From Candidatus Nealsonbacteria bacterium DGGOD1a (lineage in GTDB: Bacteria; Patescibacteriota; Minisyncoccia; Minisyncoccales; UBA5738), in assembly GCA_022530585.1 (NCBI GenBank), contig CP092821.1, positions 457,525 through 521,524 of the forward strand: a DNA stretch of 64,000 nt, given 5' to 3'. Shown here one piece after another: positions 61,181 to 64,000 of this stretch; within the stretch, counting starts at the first letter, position 1; every line of letters starts with the position of its first letter. Under the pieces are notes generated by a model that did no database searches, was not told the origin of the DNA, and saw only the letters and a list, made by a program, of their open reading frames with translations. The position numbers and the translations under genes were made by a program.

Positions 61181-62002
61181 TTGGAAATTGGTTTCTTAAT
61201 GACCCGCCGTATTTATAAAAAACCCCATCGCGCCAAAAAACACAAGCCTTTGATCGCCAAAGCTTCGTTTTGGAGATCAATTTGCGTTTTCGCGGTGTTG
61301 TGCGGAAGCGTATGGCTGGTTTGCTTTTCGCCGGCGCTTGAAGTCAAGGATATCGAAGTGGCCGGGGCGGAGAAAGTCAGCGAGCAGGATTGTGCCAAAG
61401 TAATCCATGACGAAGTGAACAAGAAAATCGCGTTTCTCGATTCCAAGAGCATTCTTCTTTTCAATATGGAGCAAACCAAGAAAGAGTTGCTGGCGCGTTT
61501 TCCGCAAGTGCAGAACATCAAAATTGAACGGCAATTTCCTTCAAAGATAATCGCGTCGGTCGAGGAACGGAGCGGCGTGGCGATAATGGGCGACGGTTCG
61601 GGCAAGAAGTTTCTGGTTGACGGTAATGGCATTGCTTTCGAGGAGGTTTTCGAACAAAAAGAACTGTTGGAAATCAGCGTTGCCGCCGGTCGGCCGTTGA
61701 AAGTTGGCGATGAAGCGGTGTCAAAGGAAATGCTTTCGGGCATATTGCGGATTAAAGGCGATATGCTGGCGTCAAGCGGCATCAACACCGTTGGCGCGTC
61801 CATTGAAACTCCCGAACGGATCAATTTGCAAACTCAGGATGGTTGGTATGTTTATTTCAATCCCCTGAAGGATATCGACAGCCAGCTTTCAAAATTGGCC
61901 GCGGTGATCGGCGATGAATCGTTTAAAGCAAAAAAAGCCAATCTTGAATATCTGGATGTAAGATTTACGAGAGTGTACCTCAAGCAAAAAGTTGAAAATT
62001 GA
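61181..62002 (+). CDS. ftsQ: Cell division protein FtsQ/DivIB (POTRA domain)
   Basis: 273 aa. Basic N-terminus, TM (SICVFAVLCGSVWLVCF), POTRA-like LEVKDIEVAGAEKVSEQDCAKVI, then a beta-rich domain. Confidence 0.6.
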   Translation: MEIGFLMTRRIYKKPHRAKKHKPLIAKASFWRSICVFAVLCGSVWLVCFSPALEVKDIEVAGAEKVSEQDCAKVIHDEVNKKIAFLDSKSILLFNMEQTKKELLARFPQVQNIKIERQFPSKIIASVEERSGVAIMGDGSGKKFLVDGNGIAFEEVFEQKELLEISVAAGRPLKVGDEAVSKEMLSGILRIKGDMLASSGINTVGASIETPERINLQTQDGWYVYFNPLKDIDSQLSKLAAVIGDESFKAKKANLEYLDVRFTRVYLKQKVEN

Positions 62003-62105
62003 AAAATCAAAACGGAAAATGACGGTAAAAAATTGCAAAATTTTAAATTCCGCATTTTTAAATTTTTACATCGTCATTTTGATATCTTGTATCTGCATTT
62101 TAAAT
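62003..62105. repeat. AT-rich inverted-repeat element after ftsQ
   Basis: aaaaatcaaaacggaaaatgacggtaaaaaattgcaaaatt...aaatttttacatcgtcattttgatatcttg. It is followed (62106-62272) by another hairpin element with arms ccttgaattgcgaaac/gtttcgcaattcaagg. Confidence 0.55.
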
Positions 62106-62330
62106 TACCTTGAATTGCGAAACAGCGAATTTTGAAATCAATTTTCGGCGTAATCGCGGAAATTTGATTTCAAAATTCGCGCGGTTACCGCCGCCTTCGG
62201 TGAAAATTGACTTCCCAAAAGCTGAAGTCAAATTTCCCCAAACGCTAGTTTCGCAATTCAAGGTAAATTAAAAAGCGCCGGAAAAATAATCCGCGCTTTT
62301 TGTTTTTGCAAACCATCTATTAAAAGTTGG

Positions 62331-64000
62331 CTATTGAATATGGTACACGAAAATCGAATGGCCGATAATGGCGGCCGGTTTGTAGGCGCTTAGCCAGTCG
62401 TATTCGCCCGATGTCAGATTGTCGCCCGGTTTAACGCTTGCTCGTTGGCCTTGTAAAAATGTCGCGGAAACCGCCAAATAACCGCCCGGCGGCAATTCGG
62501 ATGGATTTTTTGAGCTCCACCAACCTTCGTATTTGTTGTCGAGATAGTATTTCGGATCCGCGCCGCCGAAATAATCGATGTAAATTTTATCAACTCCGTT
62601 TGTTTCCATCCACATTTTCAACCGTTTCAAGTCTTGGCCCCAGTCGGTGTTGGAATCAACCGCGATTTTATAGCCGTTGTTTGAACCGCCGGCGAATTCA
62701 TTATAATAGGCCAAAAAACTGGGATAGGCGGAGGCAATGGAAATTATTTGCCACGCGCAGAGAACGGCCACGAGCGCGTAACCCCATTTGACGCGGTTGG
62801 CGAAAGCGATTGCGCCGCCGGCGGCCAAAGCCATTGTGAACGGGAACGCCGGCATCAAATGGCGCACGCCGATGTTTAAATTTCCGGCGACACTGCTGGT
62901 CCAATAGATCGCGACAAACAGCAACATCGCGATTTGCGGCAGATATTTGTCAATAATTTCCCGGCTTTCCGCGGCCATATTTTTAAATCCGGATCGCGGT
63001 TTTTTTATTTTTGCCAACGCGTAAATCAGCGCGGTCAGCGTGAAAATATGGAACGGAACGGTTTCTTTGGCCAGATACATTGTCGGGAAATACGCTCGCC
63101 AGCTTTCTTTTGAAATTTGCCCCAGAAAATAAGTCGTGTTGCCGCCGGCAACGCGCTGGGTGACCATCATTACTCCCAAGAAATACTGGGCGTAGGGGCG
63201 CAGGATTGGCTTGTCCGCGGCCCAGACTATAGCCGCGGCCCCAAGCTTAAACCCGTGCGACGATAAAATGTCTTTTGAATCGCTCACTTGCCGCGCGGGC
63301 GGATAATTCCAAACATGAAATTGATAAACCGGTCCGATGACCAGGAAGCAAACCGCGAACGATACGAACAAAATCCGGAAGGCTTTTTTGAAACTGAACA
63401 TTCTCGCCAGCCAACAGATTCCGGCCAGCAGAATAAACATTGGAAACAAAAGAATCATCGAAAATTTCAGCAGCTCGGCGATTCCCAAGGCGATGCCCGA
63501 AATAACGATATTTTTCCAGCTTGGCGACTTTAGCGCTTTGACAAAATAATAGGTTGCCGCAAACGCGCCCAGAGCCGCGGCCACATCGGTCGTGACTAAA
63601 TGTCCGTGCGCCAGAAAAGTGGGCGAAAGAGCAAACAAGAACAAAGCCAGCAACGCGGCCGCGTTGCCGAAAAGTTCGCGCGTCCATTTAAAAAGACAGA
63701 ATCCCAATATCAATAATAGGCCGATCATGGGCAAGCGGCCGTAAAATATCATTTTATCGGCCGGGTTGTTCGAATCGAACAACAACGCTTGGCCGAAATC
63801 CCATTGGCCGTTGACCATCGTTGTCCAAGCCGTGGAATCATAGGGGAAATTGATCGCGCGCACGAAAAGAATTTGCCCGATTCCGGCCAGATCCTTGACC
63901 AGCGGCGGATGTTCGGGATTTATCCGCATATCCCGTTGCGCGATATAAGAATAACCGGCGGGAAGGTGGCTTTTTTCATCCATCGTCAGCGAATCGCCGC
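62331..64000 (-). CDS. Glycosyltransferase family 39 (PMT/ArnT-like membrane glycosyltransferase), N-terminus beyond the right edge
   Basis: >550 aa and polytopic. The first-loop motif MDEKSHLPAGYSYI...NPEHPPLVK is typical of GT-C/GT39. The frame stays open upstream of the ORF-track Met (63983) to position 64000. Confidence 0.72.
   Translation of the reverse strand, partial: GDSLTMDEKSHLPAGYSYIAQRDMRINPEHPPLVKDLAGIGQILFVRAINFPYDSTAWTTMVNGQWDFGQALLFDSNNPADKMIFYGRLPMIGLLLILGFCLFKWTRELFGNAAALLALFLFALSPTFLAHGHLVTTDVAAALGAFAATYYFVKALKSPSWKNIVISGIALGIAELLKFSMILLFPMFILLAGICWLARMFSFKKAFRILFVSFAVCFLVIGPVYQFHVWNYPPARQVSDSKDILSSHGFKLGAAAIVWAADKPILRPYAQYFLGVMMVTQRVAGGNTTYFLGQISKESWRAYFPTMYLAKETVPFHIFTLTALIYALAKIKKPRSGFKNMAAESREIIDKYLPQIAMLLFVAIYWTSSVAGNLNIGVRHLMPAFPFTMALAAGGAIAFANRVKWGYALVAVLCAWQIISIASAYPSFLAYYNEFAGGSNNGYKIAVDSNTDWGQDLKRLKMWMETNGVDKIYIDYFGGADPKYYLDNKYEGWWSSKNPSELPPGGYLAVSATFLQGQRASVKPGDNLTSGEYDWLSAYKPAAIIGHSIFVYHIQ

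Noticed and set aside
1-64000. Alternative genetic code (UGA recoding, as in some CPR lineages)
   Set aside because: Well-conserved genes (rnc, rnhB, lysS, serS, rplL and others) are full length under the standard code. Several terminate at TGA where orthologs are expected to end, and I saw no in-frame TGA inside conserved domains.

Overview
This 64-kb window reads with the standard genetic code. Housekeeping blocks alternate with accessory, repeat-rich DNA. The gene content suggests a small-genome Patescibacteria/CPR-like (Parcubacteria-type) bacterium, which is an inference: compact translation genes, a 23S-5S pair with no 16S, sortase, FemX/MurF/MreCD/PBP2 wall genes, many large secreted proteins and very dense intergenic hairpin repeats. 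Housekeeping genes: rnhB, rpmF, nusB, rnc, rpsP, khpA-like, trmD, three tRNAs (Tyr, Thr, Trp) interleaved with rpmG, rplJ-rplL, mreC-mreD-mrdA, lysS, serS, murF, a DegT-type aminotransferase, a FemAB-family transferase, ftsQ and a GT39 glycosyltransferase. Accessory content: hicAB; a RelE/ParE-type pair; an orphan TraD/VirD4-like ATPase; a MacAB-like ABC exporter with a beta-propeller protein; a beta-helix protein with Cys-rich tandem repeats; a CBM plus polysaccharide deacetylase; an IS200-type element; and a REP-associated tyrosine transposase (RAYT) with its cognate palindromic REPs. There are at least five further families of MITE-like or hairpin repeats. The most interesting region is 30.9-43.6 kb. 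It carries two paralogous secreted proteins, a C-terminally membrane-anchored protein and a 782-aa adhesin combining vWA, a Cna-B-like domain and thrombospondin type-1 repeats. A sortase follows, separated from them by mobile DNA. The layout resembles a Gram-positive pilus island, but no protein has a canonical LPXTG sorting signal. Instead the three secreted proteins share a short C-terminal LP(E/G)xx motif. All functional calls rest on motif recognition by eye; no database search was run.
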